A DNA stretch of 64,000 bases from an uncultured virus (IMG/VR IMGVR_UViG_3300020519_000004) (IMGVR_UViG_3300020519_000004); one strand, 5' to 3'. Counted from the stretch's first letter, positions 1-10,365 are shown. Numbers and translations: made by a program. Notes: generated from the letters alone by a model not told the origin.

Positions 1-56
1 ATATCAAATATCATGGAGCTTCCAGATGTCCTTGGAATGTGGCAAAAATATATCAA
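1..56 (-). CDS. N-terminal fragment of sulfotransferase-family protein (paralog of 85..939), runs off window
   Basis: TTG-IYFCHIPRTSGSSMIFD nearly identical to N-terminus of next ORF. Confidence 0.7.
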   Translation of the reverse strand, partial: MIYFCHIPRTSGSSMIFD

Positions 57-84
57 AGTAGTATTACTTTATCATAAGGAAAAA

Positions 85-939
85 TTAAATAATGATATCA
101 TCAGGAGTTAAACATCGCCCAGTTTTCGTTTCATGATCTTTGATATAATCATACAATTGATAGTCTAAACTATTAGTATTTTTAAATTTTTCTATTTCTT
201 CCTGCGAAAGAAAACATTCTGGATCGTTAAATTCTGGCCTCTCTGCAGAATGTAAGTGCTTATTCTTTATTACTTGTTTATCTAAAACAATATTTGTTTT
301 TTTTATTTTATTTAAAGAAATCTCTAATTCATTTAGTAAATATGTTCTATTTTCTAATGTGGAAAGTTTTATATTTCTTTTTTTAATTATTTGCAAAAGT
401 TCTTCAAAAGATATTTTATCTTCATCCATAGTATGGTGATAGATTTTATTTCTTTGTATATTGCACCAAAAAATTTGAACAGTTCCATTTCCTCTCTTCA
501 TGCTTTCCCAATCATAATCACCTAAAAGGTATAAGCATTGTGTGTTAAAAGTATTTAAATTTTTACCTAATAAGAAATCTTTTATTTCATAAATTTTAGT
601 ATTTATCCAATCTAAATGACTAACATTATTGTTAATATGGTAAAATTCACTAATTGATCTTTCTAGTGGATTTCTAATAATAGAAAACGTTTCTAAGTTT
701 TCACCATAGGATTCAATATATGGGGTAGAAAAATGATGTCCGTAAAAAAAATCTACATTTAAATAACAATTTTTTAAAAAAGATTGATAATCCGCCTTAT
801 CTATCCCGTTGGTGTAGTAGGGATCGAACTGTTTTATATCAGGCTTGCGATGAATACGCAGTTCTTTGTGAAAAGCATCGTAAACAGCATTAGATATTGA
901 GGTTCCAGATGTTCTTGGAACGTGGCAAAAATATATCAT
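85..939 (-). CDS. Sulfotransferase-family protein
   Basis: HVPRTSGTS PAPS-binding loop, IIRNPLERSISEF, C-terminal NSLDYQLY; start refined to MIYFCH by paralog. Confidence 0.7.
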   Translation of the reverse strand: MIYFCHVPRTSGTSISNAVYDAFHKELRIHRKPDIKQFDPYYTNGIDKADYQSFLKNCYLNVDFFYGHHFSTPYIESYGENLETFSIIRNPLERSISEFYHINNNVSHLDWINTKIYEIKDFLLGKNLNTFNTQCLYLLGDYDWESMKRGNGTVQIFWCNIQRNKIYHHTMDEDKISFEELLQIIKKRNIKLSTLENRTYLLNELEISLNKIKKTNIVLDKQVIKNKHLHSAERPEFNDPECFLSQEEIEKFKNTNSLDYQLYDYIKDHETKTGRCLTPDDIII

Positions 940-984
940 ATGACAGTCTACCATAAAATGTTAAAAACATGCTATTATATAATC

Positions 985-1584
985 ATGATTATTCCAGATG
1001 ACATGATTATTCACATTGCCAAAATATTTAATGGCGAATACAATATTGGCTACAATAACGCTAACCCAGTGATATTGGACATAGGTGCCAACATTGGAGG
1101 TTTTGCTAGATGGGCAAACTATAGATGGCCTAATTCAAAGATACATTGTTATGAGCCAGTTAAAAATACTTTTGAAATACTCAAGGCTAATACATTAGAT
1201 GTTAAAAACCTGGAAATAAATAATGTGGCTATTGGAAAGAAGAAGGAAAAGAAAAAAATTTACTATGGAAAAAACAACATAGGAGAAGCTTCTTTAATTC
1301 AAGGTGAAGAACAACGTGAAGATGGTGAAACAATAGATGTTTTTCCTGGATCAAAACTTCCTAAAGCTGATATAGTTAAAATTGATACTGAAGGTTACGA
1401 AGTCGAGATCCTTAGTGCGATAACTTTTCAGCCAGACATATTTTTAATAGAATATCATTCAGCTGAAAATAGAAGATTCATAGATTCTCATTTGTCTGAT
1501 TACGTTTTATTATCCCTGGATATGACAGACTATAATTATGGAATTGCCAAGTATGCTAAAAAGAGTTTATTTTCTCAAAACTAA
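985..1584 (+). CDS. FkbM-family SAM methyltransferase
   Basis: ILDIGANIG, YEP, KIDTEGYE motifs; likely leaderless start 6 nt after TGCTATTAT. Confidence 0.85.
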   Translation: MIIPDDMIIHIAKIFNGEYNIGYNNANPVILDIGANIGGFARWANYRWPNSKIHCYEPVKNTFEILKANTLDVKNLEINNVAIGKKKEKKKIYYGKNNIGEASLIQGEEQREDGETIDVFPGSKLPKADIVKIDTEGYEVEILSAITFQPDIFLIEYHSAENRRFIDSHLSDYVLLSLDMTDYNYGIAKYAKKSLFSQN

Positions 1585-2234
1585 CGAATCCAAATTCCTA
1601 AGCGTTCTAGCTCTTCCCCGTTATCACTAATAAAAGTATAACCTTCCGGATTAGGGTCTTGTTCATCGTTCCAGACTGGGATCATTGATGAGTTACCATG
1701 TGAGAAGTCAGAGTTACCACGAAGGTGTATCTCAATTAATTTTCCACCAATAAACTCACAATTAATTTTTGCGTATCTAAGTGGAATAAAACCTAAGAAT
1801 TGTGGAAGGGGATGCGTCTGTTCTGTCCTTTGCCAATAGGTAAATCTTTTGTATGGATGATCTTGGTGCTTAGTTCCGACAACAGATAAGACTGGTTTAT
1901 ACTTCTCGTAGTCAATACTAATATGTTCACCGGTAAATATTTCGCACCAGAATTCTCCAGGGTGAAGATGGCATGTATCTTGTTCGAGATATTCTACTCG
2001 AGCTCTTTCTCCCATACCTTCAATATTAATCACTGGTTTTACAAAATATTCACCAGGTTTTGGAACTGGAATTCCACGTGGTCCACATAAGTGACCAGCT
2101 TTTTTGGCAACAATTAATTTATCAAAAATCCACAAGTCTTCCGGTAAACATGTATTCCACGCACGCATCTCTGGTGAGATATTCATGTTACTCTTCGTCG
2201 TCTGGAATTCCATTTCCGTTTTTGTCTTCAGCAT
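1581..2234 (-). CDS. Phage protein, possible ATP-grasp-like fold
   Basis: KPVINIEGMG and NCEFIGGKLIEIHLRGN resemble ATP-grasp motifs; start uncertain. Confidence 0.45.
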   Translation of the reverse strand: MLKTKTEMEFQTTKSNMNISPEMRAWNTCLPEDLWIFDKLIVAKKAGHLCGPRGIPVPKPGEYFVKPVINIEGMGERARVEYLEQDTCHLHPGEFWCEIFTGEHISIDYEKYKPVLSVVGTKHQDHPYKRFTYWQRTEQTHPLPQFLGFIPLRYAKINCEFIGGKLIEIHLRGNSDFSHGNSSMIPVWNDEQDPNPEGYTFISDNGEELERLGIWIR

Positions 2235-2469
2235 TTCTGCCAGTGGAAATCATAAGGCCAGCAAGCGTTCCAGTAATGAAGGTAGCTACTGAAGAAAGAA
2301 CGCCAAAGAACATTTTGTCATTTTCTGCCTGAGCACCGATTGGCTGAGTAACAAATACTAAAGCATAAAGAATAAAGAAAGTAGTGATCAAGAGTACGCC
2401 GCCAAGCATGCAACCAATTACAAACTTTAGACGTGCATCTAATTCTGCTGGTGTTAAACGTTTTTTCAT
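2188..2469 (-). CDS. Two-TM membrane protein (lysis-cassette associated)
   Basis: Likely start MKKRLTP overlaps upstream stop (ATGA); two hydrophobic helices. Confidence 0.65.
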   Translation of the reverse strand: MKKRLTPAELDARLKFVIGCMLGGVLLITTFFILYALVFVTQPIGAQAENDKMFFGVLSSVATFITGTLAGLMISTGRNAEDKNGNGIPDDEE

Positions 2470-2681
2470 GGTGCGATTGTCTCCTGTGTTATTTCTATTG
2501 TTGTTTCGCTTGGATTGAACCCTAGTAAAGTTTCTGTGCATGCGCCATCGACCCTGCATAATGGCGGGTTGCATTCTTCTGCTTCCCAGTTTTCTGGGTC
2601 CTGACAAGAGTATCTGTAATTTCCATCGTATCCACATGCGGATAAAATTAAAATTCCAAATACTAAGACGACTTTCTTCAT
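2466..2681 (-). CDS. Small lipoprotein
   Basis: Signal peptide with lipobox LSAC; ATGA overlaps on both sides. Confidence 0.7.
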   Translation of the reverse strand: MKKVVLVFGILILSACGYDGNYRYSCQDPENWEAEECNPPLCRVDGACTETLLGFNPSETTIEITQETIAP

Positions 2682-2935
2682 TTTGCATCTGCAGCTTTTT
2701 TGGCGCTCTTATCAACACCATTAAATACTTGATTAATCTCAGCTAAAGACAATTTTCCATCATCAAGAAATGCTCTTGATAGACCTTCGACTACTGTGGC
2801 AACTCCAGCAATACCAGCCATAAATATTGCTTTCCAAAGAGGAACTCCAGCAATAGTACCAGCTCCAATTACGCCAAGACCAGAAGCCGCAAAAGTGGCC
2901 ACAATGCGCATTATTATGTTTTTAACCTGCTCCAT
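2678..2935 (-). CDS. Holin-like membrane protein
   Basis: 85 aa, two TM segments, charged C-terminus, SD GGAGG; heads a coupled membrane/lipoprotein trio. Confidence 0.55.
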   Translation of the reverse strand: MEQVKNIIMRIVATFAASGLGVIGAGTIAGVPLWKAIFMAGIAGVATVVEGLSRAFLDDGKLSLAEINQVFNGVDKSAKKAADAK

Positions 2936-2989
2936 ATAATCCCTCCAGATGTGATATTATTAATAGTAACAACATCAAAGGAGCACTCA

Positions 2990-3082
2990 ATGCATCGCCT
3001 TAAGCTAATAGTCCTTTCTTTATTATTTAAATTTAAATTAAAAAAAAGACGCTCAAATGATAACGATCCTTTTATATATTAA
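2990..3082 (+). CDS. 30-aa peptide ending DPFIY (not in ORF track)
   Basis: AAGGAG SD; MHRLKLIVLSLLFKFKLKKRRSNDNDPFIY. Confidence 0.6.
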   Translation: MHRLKLIVLSLLFKFKLKKRRSNDNDPFIY

Positions 3083-3121
3083 ATGATCTTAATCATTTAA
3101 GTGTATGGAACAGGTAATACG

Positions 3122-4195
3122 ATGAACATTGAAAAATTAGAAAATATATTAAAAGATTTTAATTCTTTATACTGTATTGAAAATGGGTTATCTGATCGAC
3201 AGATTGTGCACGGTGTTACGGAATATTATTCTCCAGATTTATATACTTATAAATACAATAGTCATGGTTTTAGATCAACGGAATTTTCTTCTGATGTGGA
3301 TATATTAACCGCTGGATGTTCTCACACTTTTGGTTCAAGTATTCCATTTGAATATACCTGGTCACAACAGTTACAGAAAAAAATTCCAAATAAAAAAATA
3401 GCTACAATAGCTGGACCCGGTTATAGTACTCAGAAAATAATTTCTTATATTTTTAGATATTTTGAAAATATTGGAAATCCAAAAATGATTATTTGTAATT
3501 TTCCAGATTTTTATAGATTTTTATTTTTAAATAATTTTTCCAATAGGATAGTTCACCATTATAAGAATATGCTTGAAACTCCTACCCTAGATAAAAAAAC
3601 TAAAAAAGAACTTAAATCTAGTTCTCCTGCTATCAATTGGGGTTATTACATCAATTATGAATACATTTTTATGTTAGAAAAATATTGTGATTCTAATAAT
3701 ATAAAATTAATTTGGTCAACATGGAGTAATGATGAGGCATTTGATCATGATAATAATAATATTTTCCATGAAATTGGACTTAACAACGTACATGAAAGTT
3801 TAAAGAATACATTTAAACATTATCATGAAGATCATGAAAATGTTATATTTGACAATATGAGTACTTCTATTTCATTTGATAAAAATAAAAAAATTCAATA
3901 TTCAGAAAGAACACCAGAGTCCCTTCTTTATTGTCACAGAGAAGAAAAAAATGAAACTGAAGATTTTTTTGAAATAGCTTATGATAGGTACATCGTTCCA
4001 GAAAAAGACAGAAATGACATTCAAAAACATTTAAAAATGTCTAGATTAGAAAAAGATAAAAACTTAAAACAAAAACTTGAAGACCCAAATCATAATGGTG
4101 GACATAGAGCTCATTTTGGCTCCCATAGGAATATTCATTGGGCAGAATTTTACTACGATATAATAAAAGAAAAATATCCTGAATTTACTATATAA
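3122..4195 (+). CDS. SGNH/GDSL-like hydrolase, paralog 1
   Basis: YNSHGFRS, GCSHTFG block I, C-terminal HFG. Confidence 0.65.
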   Translation: MNIEKLENILKDFNSLYCIENGLSDRQIVHGVTEYYSPDLYTYKYNSHGFRSTEFSSDVDILTAGCSHTFGSSIPFEYTWSQQLQKKIPNKKIATIAGPGYSTQKIISYIFRYFENIGNPKMIICNFPDFYRFLFLNNFSNRIVHHYKNMLETPTLDKKTKKELKSSSPAINWGYYINYEYIFMLEKYCDSNNIKLIWSTWSNDEAFDHDNNNIFHEIGLNNVHESLKNTFKHYHEDHENVIFDNMSTSISFDKNKKIQYSERTPESLLYCHREEKNETEDFFEIAYDRYIVPEKDRNDIQKHLKMSRLEKDKNLKQKLEDPNHNGGHRAHFGSHRNIHWAEFYYDIIKEKYPEFTI

Positions 4196-4251
4196 TATGA
4201 TATATAAATGGAATAGGCAGTATGGTCCGCTATGAAAGATAGGTTATTTAT

Positions 4252-5358
4252 ATGAGTTATGCTACTGCTTTAGAAGATAAAATAAAAAATTTTTACAGCT
4301 TATCTTGTGATCAAAATTTTAGTAATACTTTTGTTTTGAATGAAAAAAAAATTGGATCTCCAGTAGCTGTTGCAAGTGAATATTTTACGCCAGATTTATA
4401 TACCTATAAATACAATAGTCATAATTTTAGATCTATAGAATTTTCCTCTGATGTAGACATACTAACAGCTGGATGCTCTTTTACGTTTGGTATGGGTTTA
4501 CCATTTGAATACACCTGGTCTCAGCAGCTTCAAAAACAACTTCCAAATAAAAAAATAGCTACATTATCTTGGCCGGGTTATAGTATCCAAAAAATAATTT
4601 CATATATTTTTAGATATTTTAAATCTATTGGACATCCTAAAATGATTATTTGTAATTTTCCTGATTTTTATAGATTTCTATTTTTAAATAAATACAATTA
4701 TGAAATAATGGACTATTATAGCGGCATCTTGCAGAACCCAAGTTTTTCAAAAAAAATTAAAAAACAAATTGAAGAAAGTTGTCCTTCAGATTATTGGGGT
4801 TATTACATTAATTATGAATATATTTTTATGTTAGAACAATATTGTGATAGTAATAATATAAAATTAATTTGGTCAACATGGTCTAATATAGGTTCCGACA
4901 AAAGTGAAGATCATGACTTTGTTTTCAGCGTGTTTCCTGATGCGGGCGGTTTTAAAAAAGAAATAATTAAAAACGAAAATTTTAAAAATACATTTAAATA
5001 TTTTTATGAAGATTATGAAAGTGTTAATTTTTATAAATTAAATTCAACAATATCATTTGATGAAAATGGACAAATCAAGTACCATAATAATGAAAAAAAA
5101 ATAGATTGCCATCATCAATTAGAGAATGAAACTGAAGATTTTTTTGAAATAGCTTATGATAGATATACCGTTCCAGAAAAAGACAGAGATGACATTCAAA
5201 AACATCTAAAAATTTCTAGATTAGAAAGAGATAAAAATTTAAACACAACAAATAGTATTTTTGGAGGCATGGGCCATTTTGGCTCCCATAGAAATATTCA
5301 TTGGGCAGAATTTTATTTTGATATTATCAAAGAAAAATATCCTGAATTTACTATATAA
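4252..5358 (+). CDS. SGNH/GDSL-like hydrolase, paralog 2
   Basis: GCSFTFG, HFG; long nucleotide identity with paralog 1. Confidence 0.65.
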   Translation: MSYATALEDKIKNFYSLSCDQNFSNTFVLNEKKIGSPVAVASEYFTPDLYTYKYNSHNFRSIEFSSDVDILTAGCSFTFGMGLPFEYTWSQQLQKQLPNKKIATLSWPGYSIQKIISYIFRYFKSIGHPKMIICNFPDFYRFLFLNKYNYEIMDYYSGILQNPSFSKKIKKQIEESCPSDYWGYYINYEYIFMLEQYCDSNNIKLIWSTWSNIGSDKSEDHDFVFSVFPDAGGFKKEIIKNENFKNTFKYFYEDYESVNFYKLNSTISFDENGQIKYHNNEKKIDCHHQLENETEDFFEIAYDRYTVPEKDRDDIQKHLKISRLERDKNLNTTNSIFGGMGHFGSHRNIHWAEFYFDIIKEKYPEFTI

Positions 5359-5398
5359 TATGATATTATATACAATAGGTGCGCGTAAGGAGCGGTAA

Positions 5399-5512
5399 AT
5401 GACTTTTTTATATATTGCTGGATTTTTTTTGATTATAGTTGTTTTTAAAGTTATTAAAAATAAAATAAAAGAAAAAAATAGAAGAAAAAAAATATCACCA
5501 TTTATTTACTAA
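5399..5512 (+). CDS. 37-aa membrane peptide ending SPFIY (not in ORF track)
   Basis: AAGGAG SD; hydrophobic N-terminus, basic stretch, PFIY end; 1 nt before carbamoyltransferase. Confidence 0.7.
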   Translation: MTFLYIAGFFLIIVVFKVIKNKIKEKNRRKKISPFIY

Positions 5513-5513
5513 C

Positions 5514-6947
5514 ATGTTAATTCTGGGTATTAACGAAGGAAGCCACGATGCTGCTGTTGCGCTATTAGATGGCCCAAACATCCTCTATGCTTCGCATGCA
5601 GAGAGGCATTCAAAAATTAAAAATGATCATAATTTAAATCCAGAAATTATAAAAGAAGTTTTATCATTTGGCAAGCCTGATATTGTATCGTTTTATGAAA
5701 AACGCCTTTTAAAAAAAACTAGACTAATTTTAAAAGGTGGTAAAAAATATACTAAAAATAACTTTAAGTTATCTGATTATGACTTGTTTGAAGAAAGACA
5801 ATTTTCTCATCATGAAAGCCACGCTGCGGCGGGCTACTATACCTCTCCATTTGACGACGCCGCAATAGTTGTAATAGATGCCATAGGAGAATGGAACACT
5901 TCATCAATATGGGTTGGTCAAAATAAAGAGATAAAAAAAGTTTATTCAATAAATTATCCATTTAGTTTTGGATTATTCTATTCAGCATTCACCCATCTTA
6001 TTGGTTTAATCCCTGGAACAGATGAATATATATTAATGGGGATGGCGGCGTATGGAAACTATAAAAAATATTATTCTAAAGTCAATAGTTATTTTGAATC
6101 AATAACTAAACAAAAATATAATTTTCATAAAGGCATTACTGATTGGGATCAAAATTGCAATTTAGAAAAAGAAAAGTTTGACATAGCTGCTGCAGTGCAA
6201 AAAGTTTACGAAGATCGTTTAATGGAATTTATGCAGTTTGCCAAAAAAAAGACTAATAAATCAAACCTTGTATTTATGGGCGGGTGCGCATTAAACTGCT
6301 CTGCTAATACAAAGCTGTTTGATATTTATGATAATGTTTGGATAATGCCTTCGCCGGGAGATTCAGGCAGCAGCTTAGGGGCAGCAGCGCTTACTTATGG
6401 GTCACATATAAATTGGCAGGGCCCATATCTTGGAACTAATATTCCTGGTAAGTATCCTGTAAAAAAAAGCATTGATGATTTGGTATCTAAAAAAATTAGC
6501 ATTGTTGCAGTTGGTAGAGCAGAATTTGGTCCAAGAGCACTTGGAAACAGAAGTGTCTTAGCCGACCCAAGAGATCCAAATATAAAAGACATAGTTAACA
6601 AAATAAAAAAAAGAGAAGAGTTTAGACCATTTGCGCCTGTTGTATTAGAACAATACGCCGATGATTGGTTTGAGATGCCGCAAAAACAATCACCCTATAT
6701 GCAGTTTGCGGTCAAGTGTAAAAAACCAGATATTATTCCATCTGTTGTTCATTATGACGGCACTAGTAGGGTTCAAACTGTTAATAAAAAACAGAATACG
6801 GGACTTTATAATTTATTAATCAAATGGTATGACATAACAGGAGTTCCAGTGTTATTAAACACAAGCTTAAATATAAAAAACCAACCTCTTTTAAATGATA
6901 AAACTGATCTAGATATGTGGAATGAGTTATATAATGATAAGCCTTAG
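5514..6947 (+). CDS. Carbamoyltransferase (NodU/CmcH family)
   Basis: HDAA, HHESHAA, DAIGE, GGCALN, EFGPRALGNRS, RPFAP, LLNTSLN motifs. Confidence 0.95.
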   Translation: MLILGINEGSHDAAVALLDGPNILYASHAERHSKIKNDHNLNPEIIKEVLSFGKPDIVSFYEKRLLKKTRLILKGGKKYTKNNFKLSDYDLFEERQFSHHESHAAAGYYTSPFDDAAIVVIDAIGEWNTSSIWVGQNKEIKKVYSINYPFSFGLFYSAFTHLIGLIPGTDEYILMGMAAYGNYKKYYSKVNSYFESITKQKYNFHKGITDWDQNCNLEKEKFDIAAAVQKVYEDRLMEFMQFAKKKTNKSNLVFMGGCALNCSANTKLFDIYDNVWIMPSPGDSGSSLGAAALTYGSHINWQGPYLGTNIPGKYPVKKSIDDLVSKKISIVAVGRAEFGPRALGNRSVLADPRDPNIKDIVNKIKKREEFRPFAPVVLEQYADDWFEMPQKQSPYMQFAVKCKKPDIIPSVVHYDGTSRVQTVNKKQNTGLYNLLIKWYDITGVPVLLNTSLNIKNQPLLNDKTDLDMWNELYNDKP

Positions 6948-8025
6948 ATTAGAAGATGTTTTAAATTCTTTTAATGATTTTACCTCTCCTGTGCTCGGAC
7001 CAGTATCTGACACGCAATATAATATAAGGCGTAGTCAAGATTTTAGATTAGTGTCTCCGTACGTTGAGTACTATTCTCCTGATTTATATACATATGATTT
7101 AAATACTCATGGCTATAGGTCTATAGAGTTTTCTGGTGATGTGGAAATATTAACAGTCGGTTGCTCTTTTACATTTGGGACTGGGTTACCATTTGAATAC
7201 ACCTGGTCACAACAGCTTCAAAAAAAGATTCCAAATAAAAAAATAGCAACTTTATCTTGGCCTGGCCATGGAATTCAAGATTTAGTTTCTCTTTTATTTA
7301 AATATTTTAAAACAATTGGAAATCCAAAAATAATTATTTGTAATTTTCCAGATTTTTATAGATTTTTATTTTTACAAAAAGAATATAATCTAATTAGTCG
7401 TCATTATATAGGTATATTAGAAAATCCTAGTTTAGACAAAAAAGTAATAAAAAATATTAAAGAGAGCTGTCCTCATCCTTTTTGGGGTTTGTATATAAAC
7501 TATGAATATATTTTAATGTTAGAGCAATATTGTGATTCTAATGATATAAAATTAATTTGGTCAAATTGGTCTGGTCAAAATTCTCAATCTGCGAGCGCTG
7601 AATTAAATACAGATTCTTTTTTTAAATCAACAGGCGTGCAAGATATGAATGAAAATTTAAAAAATACATTTAAACATTATTATGTTGACTATGAAAGCGA
7701 AGATTTTTATTATTTATTTCATAATTATTCTTGGAACAAAGATGGCAGTATCAAGTACAACGGCGCAGTAGAAAAATCTTTGAACTGTCACTTAGACGAA
7801 AAAAAAGAATGTGAAGATTTTTTTGATCTAGCTTATGATAGGTATATTGTTCCAGAAAAAGATATTAATGACATTGAAAAACATCTAAAAATGTCTAGAT
7901 TAGAAAAAGATAAAAATCTTAATCAAAACAGTCAATACTTAGGGCACTTTGGAGCTCATAGGCATATTCACTGGGCAGAATTTTATTTTGATATAATAAA
8001 AGAAAAATATCCTGAATTTATTTAG
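6922..8025 (+). CDS. SGNH/GDSL-like hydrolase, paralog 3
   Basis: GCSFTFG, HFG; same C-terminus WAEFYFDIIKEKYPEF. Confidence 0.65.
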   Translation: MSYIMISLRLEDVLNSFNDFTSPVLGPVSDTQYNIRRSQDFRLVSPYVEYYSPDLYTYDLNTHGYRSIEFSGDVEILTVGCSFTFGTGLPFEYTWSQQLQKKIPNKKIATLSWPGHGIQDLVSLLFKYFKTIGNPKIIICNFPDFYRFLFLQKEYNLISRHYIGILENPSLDKKVIKNIKESCPHPFWGLYINYEYILMLEQYCDSNDIKLIWSNWSGQNSQSASAELNTDSFFKSTGVQDMNENLKNTFKHYYVDYESEDFYYLFHNYSWNKDGSIKYNGAVEKSLNCHLDEKKECEDFFDLAYDRYIVPEKDINDIEKHLKMSRLEKDKNLNQNSQYLGHFGAHRHIHWAEFYFDIIKEKYPEFI

Positions 8026-8167
8026 AGTGAGATTCTACTCCAACGGATTTCAAAAATGCTTCTTCTTTTTCCCACAAATCTTTAAAGAATAAATCATAAT
8101 CAATCAGTTCAGGATCATAGACATACTCTTCTGGTTTTTCAGGATCATAAAAATTTTCAATATTCAT
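8018..8167 (-). CDS. Small acidic hypothetical protein (49 aa)
   Basis: Open frame MNIENFYDPEKP... fills gap after ferredoxin. Confidence 0.45.
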   Translation of the reverse strand: MNIENFYDPEKPEEYVYDPELIDYDLFFKDLWEKEEAFLKSVGVESHSK

Positions 8168-8177
8168 AGTATATTCC

Positions 8178-8423
8178 TTATGGTTCTATAAAAATGCACT
8201 CACCAGGGCATTCTTCGGCTGCTTCAATAACATCTTCAAGTCTATCGTCTGAAAAAAATGCTAAACCAGCTGCGCCTTCTGGATTTCCCACAGATGAGGC
8301 AAATATCTTGTCGCCTTCTCGTACGTATGCTAAACCATCGGGCATCATCGTAAAAACATCTGGCGCTATCTCTGCGCATAGTCCATCTCCAGTACATAGG
8401 TCTTGGTCAATCCAGACTCTCAT
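8178..8423 (-). CDS. Ferredoxin (single Fe-S cluster, actinobacterial type)
   Basis: DQDLCTGDGLCAEIAPDVF ... AAEECPGECI. Confidence 0.9.
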   Translation of the reverse strand: MRVWIDQDLCTGDGLCAEIAPDVFTMMPDGLAYVREGDKIFASSVGNPEGAAGLAFFSDDRLEDVIEAAEECPGECIFIEP

Positions 8424-8905
8424 GACTTAATAGTACCAGTGATCTCACAAGATCTATTTAGTATCTTGCCATCGTCGCTTTCTGGGTCTATTCCAGGGTA
8501 TGGCGATGCGTCTCCTAAAGACTTAGTGGCTATATCGGTATAGGCTATACCTTCTTCTAATAATGCAAATTGTAAAGCTTTTGTTCTTTTTTCAGATAGG
8601 TCGTTTCTATTAACATTTTGACCATCACTAGATGATCTACATACCACATTAAGGATTGAATAATATCCAGCTTTGTACTTATCGACATAAGTAGATACAC
8701 ATGCAGTTTCATCAAAAACCGGTATATCCTTATCTTTCTGGTAAAGGACCAAACATGGGGGATCGGCAACTATGGCTAAAGTAGTAGTTACCTCAGACAC
8801 AGTGTCAGTAACTTTTGCTTCAGGCCAAAAAATGTAAGACAAGATAGCTAGCATCACCGACATAACCGCTACTCTCACTGCAGTTTTTCTAATGTTATTT
8901 ATCAT
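8420..8905 (-). CDS. Membrane-anchored OmpA/MotB-like peptidoglycan-binding protein
   Basis: N-terminal TM; NxxLSEKRxKA...SLGDASP...NRSCEI pattern. Confidence 0.6.
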   Translation of the reverse strand: MINNIRKTAVRVAVMSVMLAILSYIFWPEAKVTDTVSEVTTTLAIVADPPCLVLYQKDKDIPVFDETACVSTYVDKYKAGYYSILNVVCRSSSDGQNVNRNDLSEKRTKALQFALLEEGIAYTDIATKSLGDASPYPGIDPESDDGKILNRSCEITGTIKS

Positions 8906-9749
8906 AAGTATTTTTCCTTACTTGTTTATTTAAACGTTGAAAATTTTTCTTGGCTTTTGCTTCTTTACTTTTAGCTGCTTTTATATAGTGATCGTACACA
9001 TCTGTATACCAGTAAGCTATAGCAGAAATAACCAAACCAATACTTGTAGCAGCTAAGGATAGCACAAATTTATCTAAGAATACTAATGAATCTTCAGTGA
9101 ATCTAGCTGCAGTTGATAATATCGTAAGTAGGGAAAACAAAAAAACATTAATACCTAAAGTATCTTTAGCTGTAGATTTTTTATACACTTCAATTTCTTT
9201 TAGGTTATTAGACTGGGATCTTTTTTTAGATAACATTTTAATAGCATAAGATGATCCTAGTTGAGAACATACAAAGGCATAGGAAAAAGACAAGATAATC
9301 GCAGAGGCTCTTTCTGCTCTTTCCGCCCAAGCATCAGCTCCAAATTTACCAGCAAATATATCTTTCCACAAAAGGAAGTCAAACACTAAACCAATAATAA
9401 CTGAAAACCAGATTATCTCAGAACCATAATCAGAAACAGAAGATGAGTGTGGAGCAAGTTGCTTTTCTACCTCTTCACTATCTATCTGAGCTTTTAGATA
9501 TTCTTTATGGGCTTTATCATAATCCGATATAATAATTTTATTCTCTATAATTTCAGGAGTTTTAGTAGCTTCTAATTCAGAGACAAGTTGCGAAGCTTGA
9601 TCTTTTAAAGACTGATTTTCAATTTCAAGTTCTTTAAATTTTTGATCTAATTGTGGTATAAGTTTATTAAAACGCTTTTGATTACGTCTAGATAAAAGTT
9701 GGATGTCATCTTTGTCAATAGACGCTAAATTATTATCTTGCTGTTCCAT
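8895..9749 (-). CDS. Coiled-coil plus 4-TM membrane protein
   Basis: Heptad N-terminus followed by four hydrophobic segments. Confidence 0.6.
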   Translation of the reverse strand: MEQQDNNLASIDKDDIQLLSRRNQKRFNKLIPQLDQKFKELEIENQSLKDQASQLVSELEATKTPEIIENKIIISDYDKAHKEYLKAQIDSEEVEKQLAPHSSSVSDYGSEIIWFSVIIGLVFDFLLWKDIFAGKFGADAWAERAERASAIILSFSYAFVCSQLGSSYAIKMLSKKRSQSNNLKEIEVYKKSTAKDTLGINVFLFSLLTILSTAARFTEDSLVFLDKFVLSLAATSIGLVISAIAYWYTDVYDHYIKAAKSKEAKAKKNFQRLNKQVRKNTYDK

Positions 9750-9758
9750 ATTGTAAAT

Positions 9759-10139
9759 TTATTCTTCATCTGAATCTTCGTCGTCTTGAGAGGATCCCAC
9801 AACTCCATCAGGTATAGCCGCCAACCTACAATAGCCTCCCGGTTGAATCCTTTGTTTAACAATTTTACAAACTGATTTTGATTCATGAAGAATGCAGTTT
9901 TCGCAACGTACTCCAATTTCGTAATTTTCATTTTCTGATTCAGGAACGTACCCAACCCAAATTCCATTACCGTCGTTATTTGAAAGTTTGCCGTATTTTT
10001 TTACGATTGCTAATAAAGAATCAGCGAATTCTCTCTCAGCTGGAGCGACGGTGCCTTGCATACGCTGATCTCTCATCTCATTAATATTTTTAACTACAGA
10101 TTTTTGATAGTTAACATCAGAGAGCCAATAATTTTCCAT
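9759..10139 (-). CDS. Hypothetical protein with C-terminal Cys cluster (CENC...C...YCR)
   Basis: ORF; start refined to MENYW. Confidence 0.55.
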   Translation of the reverse strand: MENYWLSDVNYQKSVVKNINEMRDQRMQGTVAPAEREFADSLLAIVKKYGKLSNNDGNGIWVGYVPESENENYEIGVRCENCILHESKSVCKIVKQRIQPGGYCRLAAIPDGVVGSSQDDEDSDEE

Positions 10140-10143
10140 ACTG

Positions 10144-10365
10144 TTATAGTACCACACTAGCTCTGGCAATGCATCCGCGGCTACAATAGAGAATATTTTG
10201 GTCTTCATAAACAATACCTTTACCTGTTTTCTTTTTGCACGTAGGACAGATATGAAAGGTATCTCTCCCGGTTGCCATGTATAGTGTAGCTTTACCCGGT
10301 CTATTATCTTGTTTAGTATTATTACCCAAATTAACTTTTGCGGGCTTTTTCCCTGCCATAACCAC
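10144..10365 (-). CDS. Small zinc-finger protein
   Basis: CPTC...YCSRGC; AAGGAGG SD. Confidence 0.6.
   Translation of the reverse strand: MVMAGKKPAKVNLGNNTKQDNRPGKATLYMATGRDTFHICPTCKKKTGKGIVYEDQNILYCSRGCIARASVVL

Noticed and set aside
2072..2081. Partial parS-like TTCCACGTGG
   Set aside because: Only the 10-bp core, flanks do not match, and it lies within a CDS
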